Below are positions 49,110 to 58,262 of a DNA stretch of 64,000 nucleotides, one piece after another. The notes below the pieces were generated by a model, which searched no databases, was not told the DNA's origin, and worked only from the letters and a program-made list of their open reading frames with translations. Origin of the DNA: an uncultured virus (IMG/VR IMGVR_UViG_3300034812_000685). Its lineage: Duplodnaviria > Heunggongvirae > Uroviricota > Caudoviricetes. The first letter of the stretch is position 1, and every line of letters begins with the position of its first letter. The stretch is taken from IMG/VR virus record IMGVR_UViG_3300034812_000685; one strand, written 5' to 3'. Position numbers and translations under genes: made by a program.

Positions 49110-49247
49110 ATGGCCAACTGTTTAAAGAAAACATCCGACAAACCGGAACCAAAACCTTACAAGGATCCTGCATATCGAAAGGAATACTGGAAGAAGTATT
49201 GCGAGGAAGATCCAAGTTGCTTGGAATGCAAGTTGTTTGATCTATGA
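49110..49247 (+). CDS. cp12: CP12-like peptide, C-terminal domain only (45 aa, not in ORF track)
   Basis: YWKKYCEEDPSCLECKLFDL matches the CP12 C-terminal C-x8-C motif; GAGGGA ribosome-binding-like site upstream. Confidence 0.7.
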   Translation: MANCLKKTSDKPEPKPYKDPAYRKEYWKKYCEEDPSCLECKLFDL

Positions 49248-49480
49248 GCTATGAAAAAGTACGAAATGTTGTACAGGTTTGGCACTGGTCCTTGGTTTGG
49301 CAGGAAGGTTATTGACGCATTAGACCTGAAGGACGCACAACAAAAATTCTATTCGGACGCCAAGCACTGGACTTTGGTGAACGTTTATGAATTGCCTGAA
49401 AAAGATGCCTGATTTAAAAGCCAAACCCCTTCTTTGCAGGTAGATTCTGTAGGCATCCTGAGCCTACCCGCATTCAATAG

Positions 49481-51802
49481 ATGAAGGAATTTCGTCAATC
49501 AGCCCCTTCCGCCGAAGCTGTTTTCTATCGTACCTACAGCCGTCGCAAAGCTAATGGCACGAGGGAAAGCTTTTATGATGCAATGTGTCGCACTATTGAT
49601 GATATTGCAGAAATCGGCAAATTCAATCAAGAGCAGTACGACTTGGTAAGGCGTGAAGCTTTGGGCCAACGTGCATTCCCTTCTGGGCGTGCTTTCTGGG
49701 TTGCTGGTACAAAGTGGGGAAAGAAACAAGAAAACTTTTCTGGTTATTACAACTGCACGTCAACTCATATTCAAGACATTGAAGCTTTTGGGCTGCTAGT
49801 TGATCTTGCAATGATGGGATCTGGTACTGGTGCTGTGTTAGAACCAGAAGTGATTGCAAAACTGCCGACAGTAAAAAACAAGCTTGAGATTGTTTCAGTC
49901 AAGGAAATCGGAACCTTGCCAGCTGATCAGCGGCACGATAACAGTAGGATGGACACCAATTTGCCTTCTGGTGTAATCCAAATCTCCGTTGGAGACAGTC
50001 GCCATGGTTGGCAGCAGGCTTATCAAATGTTGCTAAATCTTGGTTTCTTTGGTGCTCCTAATCATGAAGGCACTATTAGGATTCATCTCGATCTTTCAAG
50101 TGTTCGGCCTTCAGGAGAGCGTTTGAAAGGTTTTGGCGGCACAGCTAATCCAGTTAAGCTTGAAGAGGCATTCCGCAAGGTTGCTGATATTTTTACTGAT
50201 GCGGTCGGCCGGCAGCTTACCTCTGTTGAAGCTTGTCTGCTGATTGACGAGGCGGCTACTGCTGTTGTGGCAGGGAACATCCGACGCAGTGCTGGTATGC
50301 GCCAATTCGGGCAAGATGATACGGATGCCGCAACGGCAAAGCTTGGCTTGTACACACAGGACGAAGAAGGTAATTGGCGCGTAGATCCAAAAAAAGAAGC
50401 CTTGCGTATGGCAAATCACACTCGTTGCTTTCATACAAAGCCTTCACTTGAAGAAGTTACTGATGCAGTTACAAAGCAGTTTCATTCCGGTGAAGGTGCA
50501 ATTCAATATGTACCGGAAGCTGTTTGCCGTGCAAATGTAGACGTTTTAAATTCTATCAAATTACGCAAGCAGTTTCTTGCTACATATACCCGACACGGGC
50601 GCAACACTGCCAAGGGTTTTCTTTTCAATACAGCTGCCATGCAGGGTGGTTGCGAGCTTGACCAACGCGAACTTGATCATCGGATGGATCGCTATGGGCT
50701 CAATCCTTGTGGTGAAATTATCGGCCGTGACTTCCACTGCAACCTTGCTGAGGTCCATCTTAATACCATTTCACCTGATAACAAAGAACAGCAAGAAGAT
50801 GCTTTCTATGCTGCTGGCCTGCAGGTCGCTGCGTTGCTCCAGCATGAATTTGTACATGAACGTTATCAGTACTCACGGGAAATTGATCCGATCGTTGGTG
50901 TCAGCTTTACCGGTTTGTTCGATTTTTTTGTTCATGCCTTTGGCAGTGAATGGCTGAAATGGATGATGGAAGGTCGCCCAGATGATGGTCGCCGGGCTGC
51001 AAAGTTCACCAGTTCGGAGCAAATGTTCCTTGCTCGTTGGCGTACTTCTGCCCGTAAAGCAGTCATCGAATACTGTAAACAGCACAATATCCGCGTACCA
51101 AATCGGATCACCACAGTTCAACCAGCTGGTACTAAAAGTCTTTTGACGGGCGCTTCTTCCGGATGGCATCCTCCTAAAGCTCAGCGTTTTATTCGTCGGA
51201 TCACCCTGGGAGTCTCTGATCCTTTGGTGCCATCTTTGATCGAGTATGGATTCAATGTGATCCCTGCTCAATCGGCACGAGATGAAGAGGGGAATCTGCT
51301 TGACGACATTTCAGACCCACGAGTACAAGAGGTGCTTGTTGAAATCCCGACTGAAGTAAGTTGGGCCAATCTCCCTGGGTGTGATCAATTTGATCTTGCA
51401 AATTTGCCTGTTGAAGCTCAATATGGTCTTTACATGCAGGTGCAAACTCACTACACGGACCACAACACTTCTGCAACAATTGAGCTGCGGGAACATGAAA
51501 TCGAGACACTGTCAAAGCTGATTTATGAAACCATCCAGAAAGATGGCGGATATATTTCAGCAGCCTTGCTTGCCAGGTTTGACGCTAACGAAACGTTCCC
51601 TCGTCTTCCCTTTGAGCCAATTAGTAAGGAAAAGTATGACGACGAAGTCATCATTAATATGTTCTCTCGCGATTCTGAAAATTTTCTCAGTATTCTCAAT
51701 AAGTACGACAGCGAGGATTGGTCGATCGAATCAGTAGCAGGTTGTCAATCGGCAGCTTGTCTCGACAAGGCCGACAAAGATGAAAGGGACAAGGGTCTTT
51801 AA
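49481..51802 (+). CDS. nrdJ: class II (adenosylcobalamin-dependent) ribonucleotide reductase
   Basis: FYRTYSR, YNCT, GNIRRSA, GLNPCGEI, TTVQPAGTKSLL and C-terminal Cys pair; no beta subunit gene nearby. Confidence 0.95.
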   Translation: MKEFRQSAPSAEAVFYRTYSRRKANGTRESFYDAMCRTIDDIAEIGKFNQEQYDLVRREALGQRAFPSGRAFWVAGTKWGKKQENFSGYYNCTSTHIQDIEAFGLLVDLAMMGSGTGAVLEPEVIAKLPTVKNKLEIVSVKEIGTLPADQRHDNSRMDTNLPSGVIQISVGDSRHGWQQAYQMLLNLGFFGAPNHEGTIRIHLDLSSVRPSGERLKGFGGTANPVKLEEAFRKVADIFTDAVGRQLTSVEACLLIDEAATAVVAGNIRRSAGMRQFGQDDTDAATAKLGLYTQDEEGNWRVDPKKEALRMANHTRCFHTKPSLEEVTDAVTKQFHSGEGAIQYVPEAVCRANVDVLNSIKLRKQFLATYTRHGRNTAKGFLFNTAAMQGGCELDQRELDHRMDRYGLNPCGEIIGRDFHCNLAEVHLNTISPDNKEQQEDAFYAAGLQVAALLQHEFVHERYQYSREIDPIVGVSFTGLFDFFVHAFGSEWLKWMMEGRPDDGRRAAKFTSSEQMFLARWRTSARKAVIEYCKQHNIRVPNRITTVQPAGTKSLLTGASSGWHPPKAQRFIRRITLGVSDPLVPSLIEYGFNVIPAQSARDEEGNLLDDISDPRVQEVLVEIPTEVSWANLPGCDQFDLANLPVEAQYGLYMQVQTHYTDHNTSATIELREHEIETLSKLIYETIQKDGGYISAALLARFDANETFPRLPFEPISKEKYDDEVIINMFSRDSENFLSILNKYDSEDWSIESVAGCQSAACLDKADKDERDKGL

Positions 51803-51814
51803 AATGAGGTAAAC

Positions 51815-51839
51815 AAGGCCCGAAAGGGCCTTTTCTTTT
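51815..51839 (+). terminator. intrinsic terminator
   Basis: AAGGCCC-GAAA-GGGCCTT followed by TTCTTT. Confidence 0.85.
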
Positions 51840-51847
51840 AGGTAGCC

Positions 51848-52093
51848 ATGCCCTGGAATGCACTGCATGTAAACGAAATTGACTATCCAGATAACCCAGA
51901 GTTGCAACAGGCTTTGGACAATTTCAGGCAACAGTATTCATGGTATGAATCACAGCTAAAATGCAATAGGTACAGCATTGATCTCACTGTTGTGCAAACG
52001 GCTTGGGACAACTATCTGAGACTAAGGAATCGCTATGACTACAATCGTCGATCATCAAATCCGTCAGCTCTCAAGGGATCTCGGTCTCGTTGA
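51848..52093 (+). CDS. hypothetical protein
   Basis: 81-aa ORF between nrdJ and dcd. Confidence 0.45.
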   Translation: MPWNALHVNEIDYPDNPELQQALDNFRQQYSWYESQLKCNRYSIDLTVVQTAWDNYLRLRNRYDYNRRSSNPSALKGSRSR

Positions 52094-52535
52094 GCCATTT
52101 AACCCTGAGATGGTCAACCCGGCCTCTATAGATGTTACCCTTGGTTCGCAGATCAAAGTAGAGAACCAGGAAGGTGGTTGGCGTGATGTAGATATTTCCA
52201 GGTATGGCTACGCGATGGCCCCCGGCCAGTTTGTTCTGGCACATACGGAAGAGCTGATAAGGGTACCTAACAATATGAAATGTCAGTTTCTGCTTAAGTC
52301 GTCTCGTGGGCGCGAAGGATATCAGCATGCACTCGCAACATTCTGTGATCCTGGTTTTGTTGGTCAGGTGACACTCGAGCTGACAAACCTTCGCAGGTAT
52401 CAATCATTGCCCCTGAGAAAAGGCCTGCGGATCGGTCAGTTGATGTTTTCTAAGTTGGATGAAATCCCTATGCGTTCTTATGCGGTCACCGGCAGGTATC
52501 AAAACGATATGGGTGCGCAAATCTCAAAAGGTTAA
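52035..52535 (+). CDS. dcd: dCTP deaminase
   Basis: NPASIDVTLG, KSSRGR.G, DPGFVGQVTLE, RIGQLMF, GRYQ. Confidence 0.93.
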   Translation: MTTIVDHQIRQLSRDLGLVEPFNPEMVNPASIDVTLGSQIKVENQEGGWRDVDISRYGYAMAPGQFVLAHTEELIRVPNNMKCQFLLKSSRGREGYQHALATFCDPGFVGQVTLELTNLRRYQSLPLRKGLRIGQLMFSKLDEIPMRSYAVTGRYQNDMGAQISKG

Positions 52536-52577
52536 TTACACTGAATTGTTCACCCGTTGGACGGTTTAAGGAATACC

Positions 52578-52599
52578 AAAGACCTTCGGGTCTTTTTTT
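52578..52599 (+). terminator. intrinsic terminator
   Basis: AAAGACC-TTCG-GGTCTTT followed by a T run. Confidence 0.85.
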
Positions 52600-52683
52600 A
52601 TGTCCGGCAACCTAATAGGACGAGGGTTGCGAGATGCTTCCTGGTCGATCTTAGGTATGACGCCTTTCACGCAGTGACTGCAA

Positions 52684-54201
52684 ATGCACGGAATCTCTCA
52701 TCCGACCAATGATCCAACACTGGTCTCTTATCACAGGCCAGAACTTTTACGTCTTTTGCCACAACTAGAGCAGGCTAACGATTGCTTTTGCCTGTTAAAT
52801 ACTGAAAGTCTTGGATCTGCTAAGCATAAATACCTGCACCGAGAGCCGGCGGAACCAGAACCTGCATATGCTGCCAGACTGGGTAGATCTACTTATACGC
52901 CTATTTATAGAGATTCAATTCGTTCTTACGCTGGGCTGCTCAGTCGGTTCCAGGTTATTGACGGACCGCAAAGCCTGACCGAAAACACTGACAATGTGGA
53001 TCTGCAAGGCTCAAGCCTTCAGACATTTATGACCATGGCCGATGAGATGGCGCTGCGGGATGGCGGTACCTACATCATGGTCGACATGATGCCTGACAAC
53101 GGAGCTGATAACTTCTTTGATCAGATGAGTGACGGGCGTCATCCGTACTTTATTTCGATCAAACGTGCTGATGTAATCAACTGGAGTGTGTCCTATGAGC
53201 GCGGTATTGAATCTGTTGACCAGGTAACAATTCGTCAACTCAAGTCGACTCAATCCACCGAAGGCCAATTTGGAGTTAACGTTGAGCCGATTTATTATGT
53301 GCTGACACCCGGTAAAGTCGAAACATATCGACTAGTGAAGACGGCCGCACGTCGTTACGAAAATCAAAAGATCGACGAAATCACAACCAGCCTGCCAATT
53401 GTTCCCCTTGTTTACTACGGAGCTACGACGACTCGGTTTGCTCAGGGCGATTTACCAATGGATGGCTTAGCTGATCTGAGCATTCAGCATTATCAAATGC
53501 GTTCCGACCTGGCGGAGCTGCTACATAAATGCGCCATGCCTGTACCTGTAAGAAAAGGTGCTCCTGTTGGGACTGATGGCCGCCCTGCACCCCTCGTGCT
53601 TGGCCCTAACACTGCTGTGGACCTTCCGGCAGAAGGTGGTGACTTCGGTTTCTCAGAGCCGTCCGGTCGTTCACTGGAACGCCATCAGAGCGAGATAGAA
53701 CACATTGAGAAGTTGATGGATCGCAGTTCTTTGAACTTCTTGTATGGAGCAAATGTTAAGACCGCGACAGAAGCTTCTCTTCGTGCTTCGCAAATCGCCT
53801 CAAGTGTTTCTGCTTTAGTCCGCAATAAAACGTCGATGTTCGGGACCTTGATGCGTCTGTGGGCCTGGTATGCGGGAGAGCAAGCTTCGATCACAAAGGA
53901 GTCCGGCATTCATGTCAATGATTCACTCATTAACAAGCCTCTAGGAGCCTCTGAGATGGCCCAATTAGTGAATCTGTACTCACAGGGTCTTATGTCCCGT
54001 TTGACGGTCTTACAGGAGCTTCAGAGGGGCGGTGCGCTTGATCCTGACCTATTCATTGATGAAGAGATCGAAAGGATCAAGGAAGACAAAGAAGAGAAGA
54101 TGGCAGAAATGCCCCAAATGATGCCTGCAGAAGAGCCAGAACAGGAAGAAGAAGTGACTGAGCAGGAAAGGGTCGAACAGGCGGCAAAAGTTGCTCAGTA
54201 A
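52684..54201 (+). CDS. portal protein (DUF4055-type)
   Basis: YL.REPAE...Y.ARL, NVDLQG.SL, LADLSIQHYQ..SD, KTATEA motifs. Confidence 0.88.
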   Translation: MHGISHPTNDPTLVSYHRPELLRLLPQLEQANDCFCLLNTESLGSAKHKYLHREPAEPEPAYAARLGRSTYTPIYRDSIRSYAGLLSRFQVIDGPQSLTENTDNVDLQGSSLQTFMTMADEMALRDGGTYIMVDMMPDNGADNFFDQMSDGRHPYFISIKRADVINWSVSYERGIESVDQVTIRQLKSTQSTEGQFGVNVEPIYYVLTPGKVETYRLVKTAARRYENQKIDEITTSLPIVPLVYYGATTTRFAQGDLPMDGLADLSIQHYQMRSDLAELLHKCAMPVPVRKGAPVGTDGRPAPLVLGPNTAVDLPAEGGDFGFSEPSGRSLERHQSEIEHIEKLMDRSSLNFLYGANVKTATEASLRASQIASSVSALVRNKTSMFGTLMRLWAWYAGEQASITKESGIHVNDSLINKPLGASEMAQLVNLYSQGLMSRLTVLQELQRGGALDPDLFIDEEIERIKEDKEEKMAEMPQMMPAEEPEQEEEVTEQERVEQAAKVAQ

Positions 54202-54245
54202 AAATTATGTGCGAGCTAAACTGTTTGTATGCGTGATCACGAAAA

Positions 54246-54467
54246 ATGCAATTCGACCCCGATAACAACGTAATCGTCAGGTTTCAGTTCAAAGAAGATC
54301 GTGCAAGCGAATTCAGTGAAGATGGCAACTGCATTATCGAACAACAGTTCGACGACTTAGATGACGTCATTGAGTATTGCCGTGAATTTGAAGATGCGTT
54401 GCAAAACGTAACAGTGCTATTTGCCGAAGAAATCATCCAGTTGACTGATTTTAATATTGAATCTTGA
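54246..54467 (+). CDS. acidic hypothetical protein
   Basis: 73-aa ORF. Confidence 0.5.
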   Translation: MQFDPDNNVIVRFQFKEDRASEFSEDGNCIIEQQFDDLDDVIEYCREFEDALQNVTVLFAEEIIQLTDFNIES

Positions 54468-54569
54468 TTTGGCACAAGTCACCACTCAGATTGAGTACTA
54501 CTCTCTAGCTGTCAACTTTATTTTCACCACCCTTTTGCTTCCGTTGGCAGTATTAATTGGGCTCTGCCT

Positions 54570-54938
54570 TTGTGTTTGCCTTTACAGGAACAAAGACTAT
54601 TTTCTTTAATGATCTACGAAGCTGGCAAACGCATCAAATCTCCTGGTGGCTCATTTGTTTATGAAGTCATCGGCCCCATCTGCAGGCTTTATGACAGAGA
54701 GGGGTTGCCATGGCCGTCATGCTCCCTACAATGGAAAGGCAAACAACCCTCATGGCGACGGATAGGCAGACGTCTGATCCCAGACATTGCCGCTCAACGC
54801 TGTCCCAGCTACCAAGTAGTAGGGGTTGACTCTACGGGCACCCGTTGGGAGCAGCCCTTGACCTTGTACTCACACCGTCTTTCTCGGATTGAGAAGGAAT
54901 GGTGGTACAGCAAGATCAAGCCCAATGACAAACACTAA
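54570..54938 (+). CDS. hypothetical protein
   Basis: Trp-rich ORF (CRLYDRE.LPWPSCSLQWKGKQPSW); start probably internal at MIYEAG. Confidence 0.6.
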   Translation: MCLPLQEQRLFSLMIYEAGKRIKSPGGSFVYEVIGPICRLYDREGLPWPSCSLQWKGKQPSWRRIGRRLIPDIAAQRCPSYQVVGVDSTGTRWEQPLTLYSHRLSRIEKEWWYSKIKPNDKH

Positions 54939-55304
54939 CAAACGGAGTTCATCCCTTGATTGGAATCAATTTTTCAAAGATCGTCCCGACCTTGAGCCAC
55001 CTGGTTACAGGGAGACAGTCCAACGCATCAATGCACGGAAAGCCGAAAACGATGCTGAGGGCCTGCGAAATCCTGGCGGACCACATTGATAGTCTTGACT
55101 CTGAATGCGATCCTCACGTTTACTGGCTCAAAAAAGAACTTATTTCATTGTTAAATGATGACCTGTCACGCCAAGAGCTTGCTGAAGACTATGACGTCTC
55201 CATCGAGTTTGAAAGTTTGTATTTTTGACCTTACGGCCTAGCTCTTGACAGGCGGTACCTTGTTGCTGTATTAAAAGAGACTGACCCATAGAGGATTTAA
55301 TCCC

Positions 55305-55739
55305 ATGACACGCTCTAACAAGTGGGTGACCGAGAAGGTCGCCTGCTACCTTGACGATTACTGCAATTTCCCCGATTGTATGGAGTTTGCCTGGAAGGGT
55401 CTGACTGTTGAGTCAGATACTCAATACTTCATCGTCAAGATCTTTGGTAATGAGGTCTATCGCCTGTACATGAGAGATGGTACCCCAGATTCCATCCGGG
55501 TTACGAATGGCTTTTATCTGGATGGCTATGGGCTGCCGACCAGGCAGACTCGTGAAGTCCTGAATGGGTTGCTTGATGTTTCCGGTGAGCTGGGCCTGAT
55601 CCCTAGCGGGGTTCGTGTCTTCAAAGATGGCACTGGTTATGCCGTTGGCAAAGGTGAGTACATGGCATCATTGGACAAGCAGCATCCTTTTCGTTTTCTG
55701 CGTTTTGACAAAGCCGAAGAATCTTTTTCGATTTCATGA
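55305..55739 (+). CDS. hypothetical early protein
   Basis: 144 aa; TTGACA promoter element at 55245 upstream. Confidence 0.65.
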   Translation: MTRSNKWVTEKVACYLDDYCNFPDCMEFAWKGLTVESDTQYFIVKIFGNEVYRLYMRDGTPDSIRVTNGFYLDGYGLPTRQTREVLNGLLDVSGELGLIPSGVRVFKDGTGYAVGKGEYMASLDKQHPFRFLRFDKAEESFSIS

Positions 55740-55767
55740 GCCTGCTCACGGTAAACTTAGTTTGAAG

Positions 55768-55827
55768 CGTCCGTAGCGGTTGATACCGTTATGCAGTCCG
55801 ACTCAGACCATAGGACGGGGATCTGAG
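55768..55827 (+). ncRNA. Downstream-peptide (glutamine-II) riboswitch-like element
   Basis: P1 CGTCC/GGACG, P2 TAGCGG/CCGTTA, GCAG junction, pseudoknot CTCAGA (55802)/TCTGAG (55822); directly upstream of a YRG-motif peptide. Confidence 0.75.
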
Positions 55828-55843
55828 CACTGAGGGAAACGTT

Positions 55844-56014
55844 ATGAACTTCCTCGATGTCATCAAACAGGCTCAAGTCAAGCGCAATCGTCTTTGGGAG
55901 GCAAAACTCTTGCACCTGAAGGCTTATCGCGGCGTGCCTTACGAAAAAGCAGAGAGTATCTCTGTTTTGACCAAGAAAACGTATATTTACAGGGGTAAAA
56001 CTTACGTTGCTTGA
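55844..56014 (+). CDS. YRG-repeat small protein (DUF4278-like; 56 aa, not in ORF track)
   Basis: MNFLDVIKQ...AYRGVPY...YIYRGKTYVA; GAGGGA ribosome-binding-like site; terminator follows. Confidence 0.8.
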   Translation: MNFLDVIKQAQVKRNRLWEAKLLHLKAYRGVPYEKAESISVLTKKTYIYRGKTYVA

Positions 56015-56027
56015 TTGTTTATTTACA

Positions 56028-56053
56028 CGAGGGGCTAGGCCCCTCTTTTTTTT
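56028..56053 (+). terminator. intrinsic terminator
   Basis: GAGGGGC-TAG-GCCCCTC followed by a T run. Confidence 0.85.
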
Positions 56054-56309
56054 GTTGTTACTATTACATATATGCCTTGATCTATGAAGACCCCAGCTAT
56101 TGCCATAATTAGTGTTGAACTTAAAAATAACAGTCAATCAGTGAAAATACTTACGAGATTAAGCAAACAGAGTTTTGTTCAATATAAAATGACAAATCAA
56201 AGAACACTTTTGGCAAAATTTACAATTCCATTTGACGAGGTGCATGAATCGATCACCTCCTGGATCATTGATCAAGGCATTCGCGAAAATGACATCCTAA
56301 ATATAGGAT

Positions 56310-56522
56310 TTGATTATTAAAATGACTCACTCCAGGGAAGAGATCGTATCAAAGCTAACCAAGTGGTACGTAGCTGCACAAGAAGCTACTTCCAGAAAAA
56401 CAGCACAAAAAGCTTTGAAAAAGACAAAAAAACATGCAAAAAGGCTCAGCGCCTTATATGATATGTCTAGTTCTGAACCTGAGCCTGACCATGATCAGCC
56501 CAGTAGCAAGGAAACTGATTAG
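56310..56522 (+). CDS. hypothetical protein
   Basis: AQEATSRKTAQKALKK small basic ORF. Confidence 0.5.
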   Translation: MIIKMTHSREEIVSKLTKWYVAAQEATSRKTAQKALKKTKKHAKRLSALYDMSSSEPEPDHDQPSSKETD

Positions 56523-56770
56523 GGTAAAGTCATTTTCTGACCTTGAATTAGCTATTAATTCTTTTAAGGTATTTGCTGGTAATGGATTAGTTGCACTTAT
56601 CGGTGCCCAAGGTGTTTGGCGAGATTTCATGTTCGGTTCATATATTATCAGTTGTAAAATTTCTCCACGAAAGGTTTTTGGACTGCATCTAGGCACTAAG
56701 ATGCGTGTATGGGTCAACGGCGATCCGCTCAGCGCTGGAGGCCTGCAGTCCTTGTTTGACTGATCTCTTA

Positions 56771-56843
56771 AGGGGTCTAGCAATCTGGTGAATGCAGCGA
56801 ACTCATAATTCGCCTAAGGCGAGTTCGATCCTCGCGACCCCTA
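56771..56843 (+). tRNA. tRNA with CAT anticodon (Ile2 likely, Met possible)
   Basis: Acceptor AGGGGTC/GACCCCT, D-arm GCA..GG..TGC, anticodon arm GCGAA-CTCATAA-TTCGC, T-arm GCGAG-TTCGATC-CTCGC; CCA not fully encoded. Confidence 0.92.
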
Positions 56844-56871
56844 CCTCATAGCACATTCAACACGACAACCA

Positions 56872-57138
56872 ATGTCACAACGGCACCAAGCCCTCGATGC
56901 AGCAGAAAAACTTGGCCGAGAGGTTGAGAAGAACATTGATTCTGTTATTGACTGCATAAAGACGCACAGTGATATTTGCTGGAAAAATGATTCGCCAACC
57001 GAGTTTGTACCAGATGCTGAATATATCGACAGGATTCAAGAAAAGTTAACTGAAATCCAATTTTATTTAAGTGATATCAAGACAGCTAGGTCTGTCACCG
57101 ATTATCGAAGAAAAGTTGCAGGCAAATGGAATAATTAA
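56872..57138 (+). CDS. hypothetical protein
   Basis: 88-aa ORF downstream of the tRNA. Confidence 0.55.
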   Translation: MSQRHQALDAAEKLGREVEKNIDSVIDCIKTHSDICWKNDSPTEFVPDAEYIDRIQEKLTEIQFYLSDIKTARSVTDYRRKVAGKWNN

Positions 57139-57156
57139 TTAGCCGCATGGCTGATC

Positions 57157-57768
57157 TTGCCTGAACCTTTAAATATCCCAAACCTAATACTACCGGTGCC
57201 GCCAGATATTCCTGTGCCGGCAATAGAGCTTCCTAAAATACTACATCCCCAATACCCTCAGGTACGTTTTCCTTCAGAGATTCAACCTGGGGAAGTTGGT
57301 CAGGAAGCTCCTTCGGAAGAGACTGAAGAGGATCTGGAATCGCCTTCAAAGGAGCAAACAAGTAAGACTCCAGAACCCCAAATAAAAATAGAGGAGATAC
57401 AAACATACATAGGACGAAACCCAATACTAGATATGCAAGACGAGTGGCCATGGGAAGAGGAAATCGAACCTAGTGTTCCTGAGGAGGAAACTACTGAAGG
57501 CATCGTCACAGTAACTGTGGGTAACGTCGATTTGCCTGTACCCGAACCACAAATATTAGTAGCAGCTGGTGCTACAGCTACAACATCAGTGGCAGCAACC
57601 TTGGCATCAACAGCATTAATAAAAAGGCTTTCCGTCGTAATGAAGCCAATTATCAAGAATTTTATTTCCCGCTTCCAGGGTCAGGACCCTGTGGATCAAT
57701 TGACTTGGGCGCGACAGCGATTGGTACAACGTCGGAGCAAACGATACTGTAAGGACTTTCAGGCCTAA
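57157..57768 (+). CDS. Pro/Glu-rich membrane-anchored protein
   Basis: Pro/Glu-rich N-terminus, hydrophobic ILVAAGATATTSVAATLAS segment, basic tail; promoter motif 29 nt upstream. Confidence 0.6.
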   Translation: MPEPLNIPNLILPVPPDIPVPAIELPKILHPQYPQVRFPSEIQPGEVGQEAPSEETEEDLESPSKEQTSKTPEPQIKIEEIQTYIGRNPILDMQDEWPWEEEIEPSVPEEETTEGIVTVTVGNVDLPVPEPQILVAAGATATTSVAATLASTALIKRLSVVMKPIIKNFISRFQGQDPVDQLTWARQRLVQRRSKRYCKDFQA

Positions 57769-58262
57769 TCATGAATCCCATGTTAAGCAATTCTGCGCAC
57801 TTTATAGCCCTCACAAGTGCATAATCCAGCCGTTCTTTTTCTAGTCTCTTCCTTGCCAAGCTTTTGCATGTTTCTACCATGCCACCGTCTAGAGGGAAGC
57901 TTAAGGTAGCTTGAATACCAAAATTTTGACCTCTTGTGTAGTTGGGGTGGTTATCGTTGCCTGTATAAAATGGAGTTACAGTAAGAGTTGAAGAATTACA
58001 ATAATGTCCTCTACCATAGCTTTGTGTTGAATAACCACCTTGATTAATTTGAACGGCCTGATTATTCACTGAGCCAGAAGAAGTGGCCACGGGATTAGCC
58101 GTGACCGAAGTTCCTCCTTCTGCTTTAGCTGGTAATGAATAAATTAAACCTACTGAGAGAAGACCGACAAGGAAGTAATTGTAGTTGCTTGATCGATGGT
58201 TCGATCGATTACAGTTGATTCTACAAGACTGCCTGCAGTTCTTTCCACTATTTCCATCTGCC
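57662..58262 (-). CDS. exported protein with signal peptide (start uncertain)
   Basis: FLVGLLSVGLIYSLPAKA signal, TANPVATSSGSVNNQAVQIN, NFGIQATLSFPLD, paired Cys. Confidence 0.6.

Noticed and set aside
43750..51802. Possible introns or inteins in terL, dnaG or nrdJ
   Set aside because: Reading frames are continuous, of normal length, and show no intein terminal motifs
52546..52577. GTTCACC...GGACGG...AAGGAA resembling a glnA riboswitch
   Set aside because: Lacks the GAAGTA junction and third stem, and is followed by a terminator rather than an ORF
56771..56846. tRNA as an attachment site
   Set aside because: The tRNA is full length, with no duplicated 3' fragment and no integrase in the window
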